Part shown: piece after piece, positions 1 through 12,074 of the stretch
Numbering within the stretch: the stretch's first letter is position 1
Layout: each line of letters starts with the position of its first letter
Assembly (NCBI RefSeq): GCF_028641065.1
Contig: NC_073379.1
Span: forward strand, 21,948,001-22,012,000
DNA: 64,000 nt
Direction: 5' to 3'
Origin: Leucoraja erinacea
Taxonomy: Eukaryota
Notes under the pieces: model-generated
What the model was told of the DNA's origin: nothing
What the model saw: the letters and a program-made list of their open reading frames with translations, nothing else
The model's database searches: none
Program-made: the position numbers and the translations under genes

Positions 1-940
1 CCTGCATTGTCTTGTCTGTGTGCTTAGGGTCATTGTCCTGTTGGAAGGTGAACCTCCGCCCCAGTCTGAGGTCCAGAACGCTCTGGAGCAGGTTTTCATC
101 AAGGATCACTCTGTACTTTGCTCCGTTCATATTTCTCTCGATCCTGACTAGTCTGCCAGTTCCTGCCACTGAAAAACATCCCCACAGCATGATGCTGCCA
201 CCACGTTTCACCGCAGGTATGGTATTGGCCAGGTGATGAGCGGTGCCTGGTTTCCTCCAGACGTGGCACCTGGCATTCAGGCCAAAGAGTTCAATCTTGG
301 TTTCATCAGACCAGAGAATCTTGTTTCTCATGGTCTGAGAGTCCCTTAGGTGCCTTTTGACAAACTCCAAGTGGGCTGTCATGTGCCCTTTACTGAGGAG
401 TGGCTTCCATCTGGCCACTCTACGATAAAGGCCAGATTGGTACAGTGCTGCAGATATAGTTGTCCTTCTGGAAGGTTCTCCCATCTCCGCAGAGGAACTC
501 TGGAGCTCTGTCAGGGTGACCATCGGGTTCTCAGTCACCTCCCTGACCAAGGCCCTTCTCCCCCGATTGCTCAGTTTGGCCGAGCGGCCAGTTCTACGAA
601 GAGTCCTGGTGGTTCCAAAATTCTTCAATTGAAGAATGACAGAGGCCACTGTGCTCTTCGGTACCTGCAATGCTGCAGAAATTGTTTTATACCCTTCCCC
701 AGATCTGTGTCTCAACACAATCCAGTCTCGGAGGTCTACGGACAATTCCTTCGTCTTCAGGGCTTGGTTTTTGCTCTGACATGCACTGGCAACTGTGGGA
801 CCTTATATAGACAAGTGTGTGTACCTTTCTATATCATGTCCAATTTAATTTACCACTAGGGGACTCCAATCAAGTTGTAGAATCATCTCATGGATAATCA
901 TTGGAAACAGGATGAACCTAAACTCAATTTTGAGTGTCAT
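1..940 (-). mobile_element. Tc1/mariner DNA transposon fragment (transposase N-terminal two thirds, runs off the window edge)
   Basis: Minus-strand translation from ~760 reads KTKELSVDLRD..GEGYKTISAAL.VPKSTV..KILWSDETKIELFG..GGSIMLWGCF..FTFQQDNDPKHT, a typical Tc1 HTH plus DDE region; the start codon appears mutated to CTG. Confidence 0.9.
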
Positions 941-1084
941 AGGGGATGTCAGGGTTCTGTCAGAGCCGCTGAATTACTCCAGCACTTTGTGTGCTGCACA
1001 AGATCCCAGCATCTGCAATTTATTGTCTGAGAAGCTCTCAGAACTGTTTTTATATGTTTAATCCTTTGTTATATACTGCTTTTG

Positions 1085-1341
1085 TTATAAACAGGGAACC
1101 ATCTTGCTTGTTCCTTCCTGGTCTACTTTCTGAGAATTTTGCAAAATTAAAAAATGAAGATATCAGTGAAGTACGGTGTTGATTTGAAATGTTGCTGGTG
1201 TATTTTGCAATGCACCAGAAACAGCTCAGCACCCAGAGGAAACCACAACATTCAGAGAAGTGCAGGAAGCAGCAAGGAGTCTTGGTTCCACCGAGCCAAA
1301 GAGAACGCCAGTGGCATCTGAGAGCTCTATGAGAGAGGAGA
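1085..1341 (+). promoter_or_regulatory. Putative proximal promoter/5'UTR of gene A with ETS (CTTCCTGG 1114-1121), GAS/STAT (TTCTGAGAA 1128-1136) and overlapping GAGGAA/AACCACA (PU.1/RUNX-like) motifs
   Basis: The block is conserved with the region upstream of the gene B leader (45601-45720), and the ETS and GAS motifs are identical in both copies. Function is inferred. Confidence 0.5.
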
Positions 1342-1390
1342 ATGCTGTTCATTCTGCTTTGCACCATTGCCCTGCCTATCTCCGCTGATC
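1342..1390 (+). CDS. siglec15-like: Gene A exon 1: signal peptide MLFILLCTIALPISAD
   Basis: ATG followed by 16 hydrophobic codons, then a phase-1 donor C|GTAAGT; homologous to 45987-46035; joins V1 in frame. Confidence 0.8.
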
Positions 1391-1849
1391 GTAAGTTTGC
1401 TTGGGTATGGATATGGTTTAATTGTTGTTAATAAGAACATTTTATTGTTAGAGTTCAGAACGTTTGGGAAAGAGCAAATAAAATGGGCCAGAGGCAAATT
1501 GGAGGCTGGGAAGCAACGTGCAATTGTGGACTCTACAATGCAACACTGAGCAAATGGTCCTCGAGGGGCTGAGAGCAGGTTAATCCTCGGGCTGAAAGTT
1601 CTGTGGGATGGTTGAATAGACTGGGCTTGTGTATTCTTCAGGAGAGAAGGGGGTACTTCATCAAGCAGTTTAAATTGATTTTTACTTGAAAGGGTCAAAT
1701 GAGTGAAAGATTTCCTCTAGACGAGAGTTGAACCGAGGGAGCTGGGAGTACCAAGGAAAAGCGAGACTTGGTGTGCAAGTCTGAGCTATTCTGAAGGTTA
1801 CGGCACAGGTAGATAATATGGTTAGCTGGGGCACAGAATAGAAGAAAAA

Positions 1850-2070
1850 GGGCGGCACAGTGATGCAGCTGGTGGAGTTGCTGCCTCCCTGCCCCAGACC
1901 TAGGTTCAAATCTGATCTTATGGGGAAGTTTGCGTGGAATCTGCACAATCTACCTGTAACCGAGTGAGTTTCATCTGACATGCCACAGGTGTGTAGGTTT
2001 GCCTGTTAATTGGCCTCTGTAAAATTGGCGCTAGTATGTAGGAAGCAGATGCGAATGTGGGACATCATAG
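1850..2070 (+). mobile_element. tRNA-derived SINE (HE1/V-SINE-like)
   Basis: gggcggcacagtgatgcagctggtggagttgctgcctc..ggttcaaatc tRNA-like head with A/B boxes; family name is from recall. Confidence 0.6.
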
Positions 2071-2523
2071 ATCTATGTTATGAGCCGGAGAGACCATGTT
2101 ATGAGTAATAGCTGGTACTGGCATTAACTCTACAGGATTCATAGCTGGGTCCTCTGATTCATAGTGTCGTGGAACATAGAAACGGGCCCCACTTGTCCAT
2201 GCCAACCAAGATGCTCCATCTGTGCTAGTTCCACCTGCCCGCGCGTGTCCAATATCCCTCTGAACCTTTCCAACACATCCATCTGTCCAAATGTCTTTTA
2301 AATGCTGATATAGTACCTATCTCAACTCCCTCATCTGGCAGCTATTCCATATACCTTCTGCCCTCTGTGTGAAAAAGTTGCCCATTGGGTTCTATGAAAT
2401 CTCTCCCCCTCACCTTAAAGCTATGTCCAGTGGTTCTTGATTCCCCTACTCTGGGAAAAATAGTTTTATATTACTAACACAGGGGAAGAGACGGAGTGTA
2501 ACCTATCGAGTTTGCTGGTGACC

Positions 2524-2763
2524 ATGTCAGATGGAATTTTCGCACTGTAAACACTATATATTTATTACTTGGACAGGGGCCACAGAGTGGCACGGGTGGG
2601 GGACTGTTTGGTGAAATTTGAAAAATGTAAAAAATTGTACTGAAAAAACTTGTATAGTCTCCGAAAATGTCGGATGAATTTTGTTTGCTTGAATGGTTCA
2701 GGAATTGTATATATTTATCAATTGAATAAAGTCTATTTTGAAATTAAAAAACAAAAAAAAAAA
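2524..2763 (+). mobile_element. 5'-truncated L1/Tx1-type retro-insertion with poly(A) and 16-bp TSD
   Basis: GAGTTTGCTGGTGACC is duplicated at 2508-2523 and 2764-2779; AATAAA and an A-tail precede the second copy. Confidence 0.8.
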
Positions 2764-2989
2764 GAGTTTGCTGGTGACCTAAAACTGAGTGGGAATGTCA
2801 GCTGGGGGCAGGGCGTAGTGGGTCAACAAAGAGAGACGGGTTAGATATGAGGGAAAGAAAGTACAGATGGGGTAGAACGAGGGAAAATTAGGTCATGTAT
2901 GGAAGAACACGACAACCGAGAATAAACAAAGACACAAGAAATTGCAGGTGCAATTGCAAAATAATTATTATAACAGTTGGAGAGGGGAC

Positions 2990-4850
2990 AATTTATGTTG
3001 TATAAAATGTTGAATAAATCTTCCCTAGGTCCTATCAAATTTAACTAAGAGTTCAACAATATCACTCATCATTTTTTCTAAATTTAAACATGATATCGTT
3101 TCAGAATACCAATGGCGTGTGATCGGAGGATTAGAGTCTTTCCATTTAAATAAAATAGATCTTCTGGCAATTAATGTTGTAAACGCAATCAGCCGATGGG
3201 CGGATCGGGACAGATGAATAAAATCTAACATTGGTAGCCCAATGTTAGCCCAAATTTGGTAGCCCAAACATTACAGTAATATGATGAGGTTGTAAATCAA
3301 TACCTAAAACTACAGAAATAGTATCAAAAATGTATTTCCACTATTTTTCCAAAAGTGGGCAGGACCAAAACATATGAGTCAATGAGACCACGTCAGAATT
3401 ACATCTGTCACAGGTAGGATTTATATGACCATAAAAACGAGCTAACTTATCTTTTGACATATGAGCTCTGTGAACCACCTTGAATTGTATCAAAGCGTGT
3501 TTTGCAGACATTGACGAAATATTAACTAATTGAAGAATCCTCTCCCATTTCTCTATAGATAGAGAAACGTGTAACTTAGCGGGTCAGATAGAGAAATGTG
3601 TAGTTCTCTTTCCCAGTCATTCTTAATTTTATTAAATGTATCTTTTTTAGATTTCAAAATCAACTCATAAATAGTCATTATTAAGCCCTTCTGATAAGGG
3701 TTCAAATGTAAATTTTTTCCCCAAGATTTTGGTTTGATGTGGTAACGGAAAAAAGGGTAGATTAGCCCTCAAAAAATGGCTAATTTGTAAATATCTAAAG
3801 AAATGTGAATTTGGTAGATTATATTTATTGGAGAGTTGTTCAAAAGACATAAAACAACCATCCAAAAACAAATCATGAAAAGCTACTAATCCCTTCCTCT
3901 TCCCTAACAGAAACGCTTGATCAGTACTAGAAGGTTAGAAGTAAAAATTAGATATGATAGGACTCGATAAGATAAAATCATTTAATCCAAAAAACTTACG
4001 AAATTGAAACCATATTCGGGGTGTATGTCTTATTATTGGGTTAGTCGTATATTTATTCAATCTCGTAATTGTAAAAGGTAACGAGGCCCCTAGAATAGAA
4101 GCCAATGATAGCCCTTGCATAAGTCCCAGATTTATCCATCCTGGGCATTGGATATCTTCTAAATCTTTTGTCCACAACGTTAGATAGCGAGCATTAACTG
4201 CCCAACAGTAGAATCTAAGGTTTGATTTATGTAAGTATTTTTTACTTAGTCTGGAATTTTTATTCTGCTATATATATGAAGAAATTTTGGAGACAATAAT
4301 ATCAAAAAAAGATTTAGCAATAAAAATTGGTGTAATCTGAAATAAATACAAAAATGTAGGTAAGATAAACATTTTTAATAACATTGATTTGGCCTATTAA
4401 AGATAAGGTGACCATTTATTGAACTGTTGTTTGATATGGTCAATTAGAGGTGTAAAATTTGCTTGAAATAAATCCTTGTAATCTTAATGACTAATCACTT
4501 ACCAGTAATCAGAGATCCCTTTTTTTTGCAGGCTCTTTCGAGGTACGAGACAGGGCTGTCCTTTAAGTCCTTTATTGTTTGATATCGCTTTGGAACCTTT
4601 GGCCACCGCTATTAGGGATTCCCCTAATATTTTTGGTATTGTCCATGGGAATGAGACACATAAGCTATCTCTTTATGCAGATGATCTGTTATATGACCTG
4701 AGAAATCTATTCTGGCAATAGTAGCACTACTTAATCAATTTAGTAGTTTTTCTGGTTATAAACTAAATCTTAGTAAGAGTGAGCTTTTTCCATGAAACAA
4801 TCTAGTTTCGAATTATGGACAGTTTCCATTTAGATTGACTACCGAAGAGT
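2990..4850 (-). mobile_element. Degenerate L1-clade LINE with inverted 5' segment
   Basis: Minus strand ~2990-4490 encodes the L1 ORF2 C-terminus (ARRSILFKWK, FFRYLQI); plus strand ~4510-4850 encodes the RT core [19 protein letters not shown]. Confidence 0.8.
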
Positions 4851-6612
4851 TCATACTAACCATGGAGCACATTAACCCCACGTTAGCTCAACATCAGTGT
4901 CCCAGATCAATCGGTTATTTAGTTCAGTGTTTATTGAATCTTACTGTTCAAACTTTGTCTTCTTCATTTTCCACATTTGAATCAGAGCAATGATGCCACA
5001 GCAGGAAGCTATTTGGTCAATCAAATATGCCAGTGCTCTACATGGAAATTGACCAGATTAATGCATTAACTCTTTCCCCAAGGTCTACAAGTCCCCTTTT
5101 GCTGGCACCGGTAATAACAGTTTCTACATTAACTTCACATAACCGAGAGAAGGTGAAGAGAAGATTTATGAGGATGTTGCTAGAACCTGAGTGCCTGAGC
5201 TAGAGGGAAAGGTTTGGCAAGCTACAACTTTATTCCTTGGAGTGCAGAATAAAGTGATCTTATAGAGGTGTATAAGAGTGATCTTATAGAGGTGTATAAA
5301 ATCATGGGGAATATATAATGTGAATGTTTGGGCACACACGTGGTCACAGGGAGGATGTACAAACTCCGTACAGACAGCAGCCGTGGGGAGGATCGAACCA
5401 AGGTCTCTGGCATTGTAAGGCAGATCCCAAAGGAATTCTTGATAACCATTTTGACTGTCTATGTTATGACCAATTTTTAAGTCATTAGCAAACTTATTAA
5501 TCATTCAAATTGATATAGATGACACATAACAAATGGCCTATCAACAATCCCTGAGACACACCACTAGCTACAGGTCTAACTGGCTACTGGTGGATCATGT
5601 TAACCTGATCTGTTTAGATCTCGTGCAATCTAACCTACTATGCGGAACCTTGTCAAAGGCGTTTCTGAAGACCAAATAGATTATATCTACGACCCAGCCC
5701 TCATCAACCTTGATTACCGCTTCAAAAAACTCAATCACATTCATGAGACATGATCTCCCATGCACAAAACGATGTGACTGTCCCTAATCAACCCTTATCT
5801 TTCCAAGTGGGTGTTTGTCTAATTCCTCAGAATCTACACCAGTGACGATGTTAGGCACATTTCCAAGGTGTTTCTTTGCAGCCCTTCTTAAGTAGAGGCA
5901 CAAAATTAAGCAACCTCTAGTCTTCCTACCCTAACCCAATATTATTCTCCACATATTTCCCTCGATTCCCAGTTCAAACGACCCACATATACACGAGCGG
6001 CAACATACAATGGTCAATTAAATAAAAATGCATGTCTTTGGGATGTTGGAAACGGCATACGAAGGAGAAAGCCCATGCAATCATACATAAAATATGCAAA
6101 CCACACACAGTACCGAAGGTCAGGAGTAAACTCTGGTTCATAGAGTTGTGATTCAGCAGATTGACTAGCTGCTCCACTGTGCCAGCTGTGGAAACCAGTC
6201 ACTTGCGATCAGGTACTTCCTTGGTGGGATCTTTCTGTGCACTGCTTGCCTGTGGCATTCCCAACGCTATTTCACCGCCAACACTTCAAACCTGTGAAGC
6301 TCTGTGGACCACCCCCTGTCTGTGAGGGAAGTGATGTAAATGCAAGGTTTCTCCCGGATAGCAGCTTAGAGCTGTGAGAGATGTGGCTCCAGTGAAGAGC
6401 CGACACAGCCCGGAGGAAGGGAACCACTGTTAGTGTCACAGTCCCACCTCCCCATTTCTCACAGCTCACCACATAGTGACGGTGACAAACAGCACAGCAG
6501 CATCACAGTTCAACTGTCTTCCACAAGGGCAGGGACCCAGGGTAGGCGCAGCCTCCGACAGTGACTGTGGCCCTCAGTTCAGTCTTAACGTTACATCTCT
6601 GTGTCTTCACAG

Positions 6613-6996
6613 GCTGCAGTATCAATGGTTGGTCCATAGAGACATCGGACGAGGTGATGGGAAGGAAGGGGAAGCTCGTGGTTCTGTACTGCAAGTTCGC
6701 TCACCCTCACCGTGAATACAAAGGCAACATCAACATCATCTGGAACGAGAAGGAGCCCAAGAAGACCCTTTTCAAATACAAAAATTATCTATCGAGCGGC
6801 AAGTATAAAAATGAGATCGTGGCTAATGTAGGAGCTCGCTACAGACCAATGGGGGACCCTCGGAAGAACGATGCTTCCATAATCATTAATCAGCTGGGAA
6901 CGACGGATACAAACAAGACCCTCTACTGTCGTGTTGAGCTCACGGGGCAAGCAGGGGCAAAGTTTGACTGCCCACATGGGCGAATCACAGCATCAG
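6613..6996 (+). CDS. siglec15-like: Gene A exon V1: Siglec-15-like V-set domain with the essential Arg (YCRVE)
   Basis: Acceptor ttcacag| and donor G|GTGAGG, phase 1-1. WSIETSDEV..VVLYCKFAHPHREYKGNINIIW..RYRPMGDPRKNDASI..YCRVELTG..HG parallels Siglec-15 WSMQVPPEV..VLPCTFTHPHRHYDGPLTAIW..RFRLLGNPRRNDLSL..FCRVEFAG..HG (recalled sequence). Confidence 0.9.
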
Positions 6997-7569
6997 GTGA
7001 GGAATGATTGTGCTGCAAACAAACAATTTGTCTTCCTTCCTGCTTCCTGTGATTCTGATGTTACTGGCATGGCTGGCAATTGTTCAAGCTGCTGACTTGT
7101 TGGCTACATCACTGGGAGATCATGCCCTGGTTTGACTGCCTAAAATTCATCACGTTGCACTAAACTGAATTTAACTCTATTAACCAACCCTCAACCCACT
7201 TGCCCCGCTGATCACGATCCTGCTGTAGTTTTGATAACCATCTTCACTCAAACTCTTCATTTCTGCCTTGACCATGATGTCCAGTCACTGTGGAATGGGG
7301 GTGATGTCATTGCCACATCTGGCCTGCTGTTATAGTCAAATATTATATCTCCTCCAGTTAAGTTTCAGATATTGGTATTAGTTTATTATTGTCTGTTGCA
7401 CTGAGATACAGTGATATTTTTCTGAGTGCCAGCCAGACAAATCATCCCATTGAGGCACTAGAAACTGCAGATGCTGGAACCATGAGCAAAACACAAAGTG
7501 CTGAAGACACAGTGGGTCAAGCAGCATTGGTGGAGGAAATGGACAGGCAATTATCCGGGTCGGTTCCCT

Positions 7570-8190
7570 TCAAACTGATGTAGTAGTAGGGAGAAAGATG
7601 GGAACGGGGCAAAGCTTGCCCAATGAAAGGTGGATGGAGGTGGGGGAGGGGGGGGGGGGCACGGGGGAGGTGCTTATCAGATGGGTGGAGACAGTGATAA
7701 TGGCGAGTGGTGAAAAGTGGTAAAAGGTGTCAGACAAGGAAACAAAATGTAAAGGTGGAGGCAAATGGATGGAATGGGCCAGGGGAGATGGGCAGGTGAA
7801 AGACGTGATAGAAGGAACTATGGGATTCGAGGATGGGAGATGAATACGGGAGATGAAAGCAGCAGTGTGAAAGGGATAATGGGAGCAATGTGTGCACAGT
7901 GGGCTGGTGGGGGGCGGGAAGGGAGGTATTACTTGAACTTTGAGAGTTCAGTGTTCATACGGTTGGGTTATAAGTTACACAAGCTGACCATGAGGTGCTG
8001 TTCTTCCTGTTTGCGTGTGTTCTCACACTGATAATACACAAGGCCAGCGACAGTCAGGTCAGTGTGGGAACAGAAAGAGGAGTTAAAAAGCGTCGGAACC
8101 AGGAGCTCCAGCAGGCATTGGCAGACTGAACACAAGTATTCATGATATTGGGGACACAGAATGCAATAGATGAGGTTGGAAGAATCATAC
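7570..8190 (-). mobile_element. Penelope-like element 3' remnant (copy at ~51380-51990)
   Basis: Minus strand resembles the Penelope C-terminus RKQEEQHL..L.NL.PN.MNTELSKFK. Confidence 0.55.
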
Positions 8191-9407
8191 CTTAGATGTG
8201 TGCATCAGGCACTGTAAAAGAGAAAATAAGCAAAGTGAAGAATGTAGTATGACAGCTACAGTGAAAGTGCTACTAAAGAGTAGTGCAAGCGTTTAACGTG
8301 GTAGATTGGAAGATCGCGTAATTCAACCCTAGCATTTGTGAGGTCCATTCAAGAATCTAACAAAAGGTAAGAAGTTGTTCTTCCATCTGGTGGTACCTAC
8401 TTTCAAGCTTTTGTATCTTCTGGGTGTGAGAATGTCAGGGTATTAGTTGTCCTTGATAATGTGGTTGCTTTTTCGAGGCAGCATTAAGTGTAGAATGGTG
8501 TAACAGAGAATCAAAATTGACCCTGGCAGATTGGAGAGACAGCATTTGTTCAGGCAGTGTTAGTGAACAGGAAGGGGTAGTCCCTGGTTTTTAAAACAAT
8601 GCTTAGACTATTACGTGAAATGGGAGAAGGAGTCAGAACACAGATGCTCGAACCAACTCTCATCCATAAAATCATGGCTAATTCTGGACCTTGTTCATTG
8701 ACTGAGAGATCCCCCAGACAGTGATCTCCATGAGACCCAGACAAACTGTGGACCTTTGGTTTGAACTTACTCAACTACGTTTTACCCACAGCTTCTGCAT
8801 AATGTGGATTGTTGATTGTAATCATGTATAGTCTTTTCGTTGACTGGTTAGCATGCAATAAAAGCTTTTCACTGTACCTTGGTACAGGTGACAATAAACT
8901 AAACTAGTAAGATTAAACTAGAACTTACCAGTTTGAAGTTTGATCTGTATTTTATGAGGAGTTACGATGAGGGATTACGTGAAGAAGCCCGCTCAGGGCG
9001 CAGGCGTGGCATGCTTCCAAGCAGCGGTGTGGAATCACAGACAGACACACGTATTTGAAGTAACATAGTGAAGAATAAAGAGACATCAATTATCAGTTTG
9101 ATCCATGTAATGAGGGTGGGAGCGGAGGGCACGTAATCCCTCATTGTAACTCCTCATAAAATACAGATCAAACTTCAAACTGGTAAGTTCTCGTTTAATC
9201 TTACTATTTTACTTCGGAGTCACGTGAGTGACTTCGTGAAGATTTCAAAGCTCTGTGATTTCAAACCGTGTAACAGTTTTACTCACTCACTGCCGAAAGC
9301 TCTTGAGGAAGGAAGTGTTATTGTAATCAACCAATGAATCTGTTTTCAAAACAAAACGGTATTTATTAACAATAACAAAAAAACAAATAGCTCCCCCGGG
9401 CTTTAAA

Positions 9408-10178
9408 TTAAATATTTGCAGTTTCTAATATTCTTGCTGCAAATAAATCAGGCTTCACCAACGGCTTGTCATAGAACGTCCGGAATGTGGATTTCCTCGA
9501 CCATCCTGCTTTGTTTAGGATAAGGTCAATAGGCACATTCATTCTTGCTGCCGATGATGTGGATGCTGCCCTGGTGGAATGAGATTTATATACATTAATG
9601 TCTATCCCAGCAGCTTCCAATACCTGTTTTAACCATCTTGAAATGGTCTGGCTCGTTACCCTGCCATGTGGTTTTTTGTGGCTGACCCATAAGACTCTTT
9701 CACTTCCTCGGATATTATGGGTTGTGTCAATATAAATTTTTATGTGGGTCACCACACACAATCGTGGCTCTGGTGGGTAGGCCCGGAATACCACTAGCGT
9801 GTTGGATGTTCCTGGCCTGCTTTGTTTTATCAGACCTTGTATAGTGAAGGTTACCTGGTCTGACGTTGTTTCCATGCTGTCCAGTCGAAGTTTATGCAAT
9901 GACTGGACCCTCTGTGCAGATACTAGAGCCATAAGCATGAGCGTTTTTAATGTCAATTGCTCAAGGCTGAGGGATCTTGCTGGTGGTCTGTCCCGAAGGT
10001 ATGTGAGCACAATACTGATGTCCCAAATTTGAGTATATCTAGGCTTGGGGGGCTTAATGTTATATATGCCCCTCATCAGTTTGACCACCAGCGGATGGGA
10101 CCCCATGGGCTGATGTCCTGCAGGTTTGAGGTAGTTGGAGAGGGCACTACGTGCCATGTTGATGGCACTGTAGCTCAT
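9408..10178 (-). CDS. DIRS tyrosine recombinase (frame extends upstream to ~10290; N-terminus deleted)
   Basis: Catalytic motifs SAQRVQSL, HSTR, AGW, FRTFY. Confidence 0.9.
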   Translation of the reverse strand: MSYSAINMARSALSNYLKPAGHQPMGSHPLVVKLMRGIYNIKPPKPRYTQIWDISIVLTYLRDRPPARSLSLEQLTLKTLMLMALVSAQRVQSLHKLRLDSMETTSDQVTFTIQGLIKQSRPGTSNTLVVFRAYPPEPRLCVVTHIKIYIDTTHNIRGSERVLWVSHKKPHGRVTSQTISRWLKQVLEAAGIDINVYKSHSTRAASTSSAARMNVPIDLILNKAGWSRKSTFRTFYDKPLVKPDLFAARILETANI

Positions 10179-10222
10179 ATCCTCATGATGATGTAAGTAG
10201 GCCAGGAACTCGAGAACATTGG

Positions 10223-12043
10223 CTAATGTGGCTGTTTCGTAAGCAGTCCCCGTTTCTTGGCAGTACCTCTCCCATTTCTTGATGTTGGTGATTCCACCAC
10301 CATGTCATGGAGTACTGGGAACCATGGCTGTGTAGACCAGTCGGGCACCACCAAAATTCCAGATGCTGAATCCATCTGGATTTTGCGAAGTACCCGACTG
10401 ATGAGGCAGAAGGGAGGAAAGGCATAGAAAAAGAACTTTCCCCAATCCAGCGTGAATGCATCTACCGCTGCTGCCTCTGGATCTGGTTCCCACGCGACAT
10501 ACGTAGTTAATTGGTGATTCAGTCTTGATGCAAATAAATCGATATCTGGCTTCCCATATTGCTTTACAATTTTAGCAAATGCTTTAGGATTTAACATCCA
10601 TTCGATGTTGTCATTGAATTTGCGTGACCTGGTGTCCGCCACTGTATTTAGCTTACCTGGTAGATAGGTAGCTGAAAGCCAAATATGTCTTTCGACACAC
10701 CATTGCCAAATCGTATTGACCAATTTGTCGCATGATAAAGATTTTATGCCGCCCATATGGTTAATGTAAGCCACCACCGTAGTATTGTCTATTTGTAATC
10801 TAACATGCAAGTGATGCATATTGGATACATATGCTTTCAAACCATAAAAGGCGCCCAACATTTCCAAATAATTAATGCCCAGTGTAGATAGTAATGATGA
10901 TTCTAAGTTAGTCCATCTACCACCTGTGCTGGATATGGAGTTAGTTGCTCCCCAGCCTTTAGCACTGGCATCTGTTTGGAGTACTAAAGTAGCATTAGTA
11001 ATAACAATAGGACTACAATGATGCCAAATGTTTTGTATCCACCACTGTAGCTCTGATATTGCTTCAGGGGGTAAACGCATGACTCGGTCATAATGACCTT
11101 TATGTTGTTTTAGTGCCTTTACCTTTGCTCTTTGCAAATTTTGATAGTGCAAAGGTCCAAATTGGATAGCTGGAAATGCTGCTACCATTTTGCCAATTAC
11201 TGCTGCCACTTGTCGAATAGCTGGTGTTTTGTTAATCTTTAAGTTATTGCATGATTGTACTAATGCAATCATCTTTTCCCTTGGCAGGGTAATAGTCATT
11301 TGGACTGAGTTAATTGTGAAACCCAGGTAGTCCATTATCGTGGATGGATTTAACTTGGATTTATCTGGATGTAAAACGAACCCTAGAGCTTCTAGGAGCT
11401 GTTTAGTAGCTGATACTGCTGCTACAGCCAATTCCATAGTTTTCACAACTATGAGGATGTCGTCCAAATATGCCATGACTATATGATTAAGTTTCCTTAA
11501 CGTTGCCATGGCTGGTTTTAATATTTTAGTGAATAGTCTTGGGGCTGAAGTAAGCCCATTAGGCAGTGCTTTATACTGCCACAGCTCCCCCATCCAGATA
11601 AATTTAAGGTACCTGCTATAATCCTTATGTATAGGTACCAGAGAGTAAGCATCTTTGAGATCAATGCTTGCCATATAGTATCCTTCGGAAATCAGTTGTC
11701 TAGCAGTCACAAATGTTTCCATTTTGAAATGTATATACTTAACAAAATCATTCAAGGATGTTAAGTCAATGATGATGCGACATCCACCATCTTTTTTAGT
11801 TTTTGTAAATATGTTGGAAACAAATTCCAAGGGCTCATGTTTAGTTTTTTCTATGACCCCTTTGTTTATGAGTCTCACCAGTTCAGCTTGTCCCTCCTGT
11901 TGTTCTTTTTTGAAGAGAAAAAATACCCTTTCGGGCCGGTGTTGAACTGGCGGTATTTTTGAAATAAATTCAATTTTATACCCTCCAATGCTATTGAGTA
12001 TATATTTATCATTAGTGATCAATGCCCATGCTTCTTTAAACAA
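10223..12043 (-). CDS. DIRS pol: reverse transcriptase, RNase H and methyltransferase-like domain
   Basis: IDLKDAY, LPNGL, YLDD; TDAS..GWG, INYLE, IDN, ADTRSR; DLFAS and YAFPPF. Confidence 0.92.
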   Translation of the reverse strand: MFKEAWALITNDKYILNSIGGYKIEFISKIPPVQHRPERVFFLFKKEQQEGQAELVRLINKGVIEKTKHEPLEFVSNIFTKTKKDGGCRIIIDLTSLNDFVKYIHFKMETFVTARQLISEGYYMASIDLKDAYSLVPIHKDYSRYLKFIWMGELWQYKALPNGLTSAPRLFTKILKPAMATLRKLNHIVMAYLDDILIVVKTMELAVAAVSATKQLLEALGFVLHPDKSKLNPSTIMDYLGFTINSVQMTITLPREKMIALVQSCNNLKINKTPAIRQVAAVIGKMVAAFPAIQFGPLHYQNLQRAKVKALKQHKGHYDRVMRLPPEAISELQWWIQNIWHHCSPIVITNATLVLQTDASAKGWGATNSISSTGGRWTNLESSLLSTLGINYLEMLGAFYGLKAYVSNMHHLHVRLQIDNTTVVAYINHMGGIKSLSCDKLVNTIWQWCVERHIWLSATYLPGKLNTVADTRSRKFNDNIEWMLNPKAFAKIVKQYGKPDIDLFASRLNHQLTTYVAWEPDPEAAAVDAFTLDWGKFFFYAFPPFCLISRVLRKIQMDSASGILVVPDWSTQPWFPVLHDMVVESPTSRNGRGTAKKRGLLTKQPH

Positions 12044-12074
12044 GTGTAACCTTCCCCCTGTTAGTAAGGCACCC

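Noticed and set aside
350-859. 169-aa plus-strand ORF
   Set aside because: Antisense shadow of the Tc1 transposase.
9408-12043. Phage-like integrase plus adenine methyltransferase as a bacterial or novel RT system
   Set aside because: These are standard DIRS1 retrotransposon domains inside an element with ITRs and an ICR.
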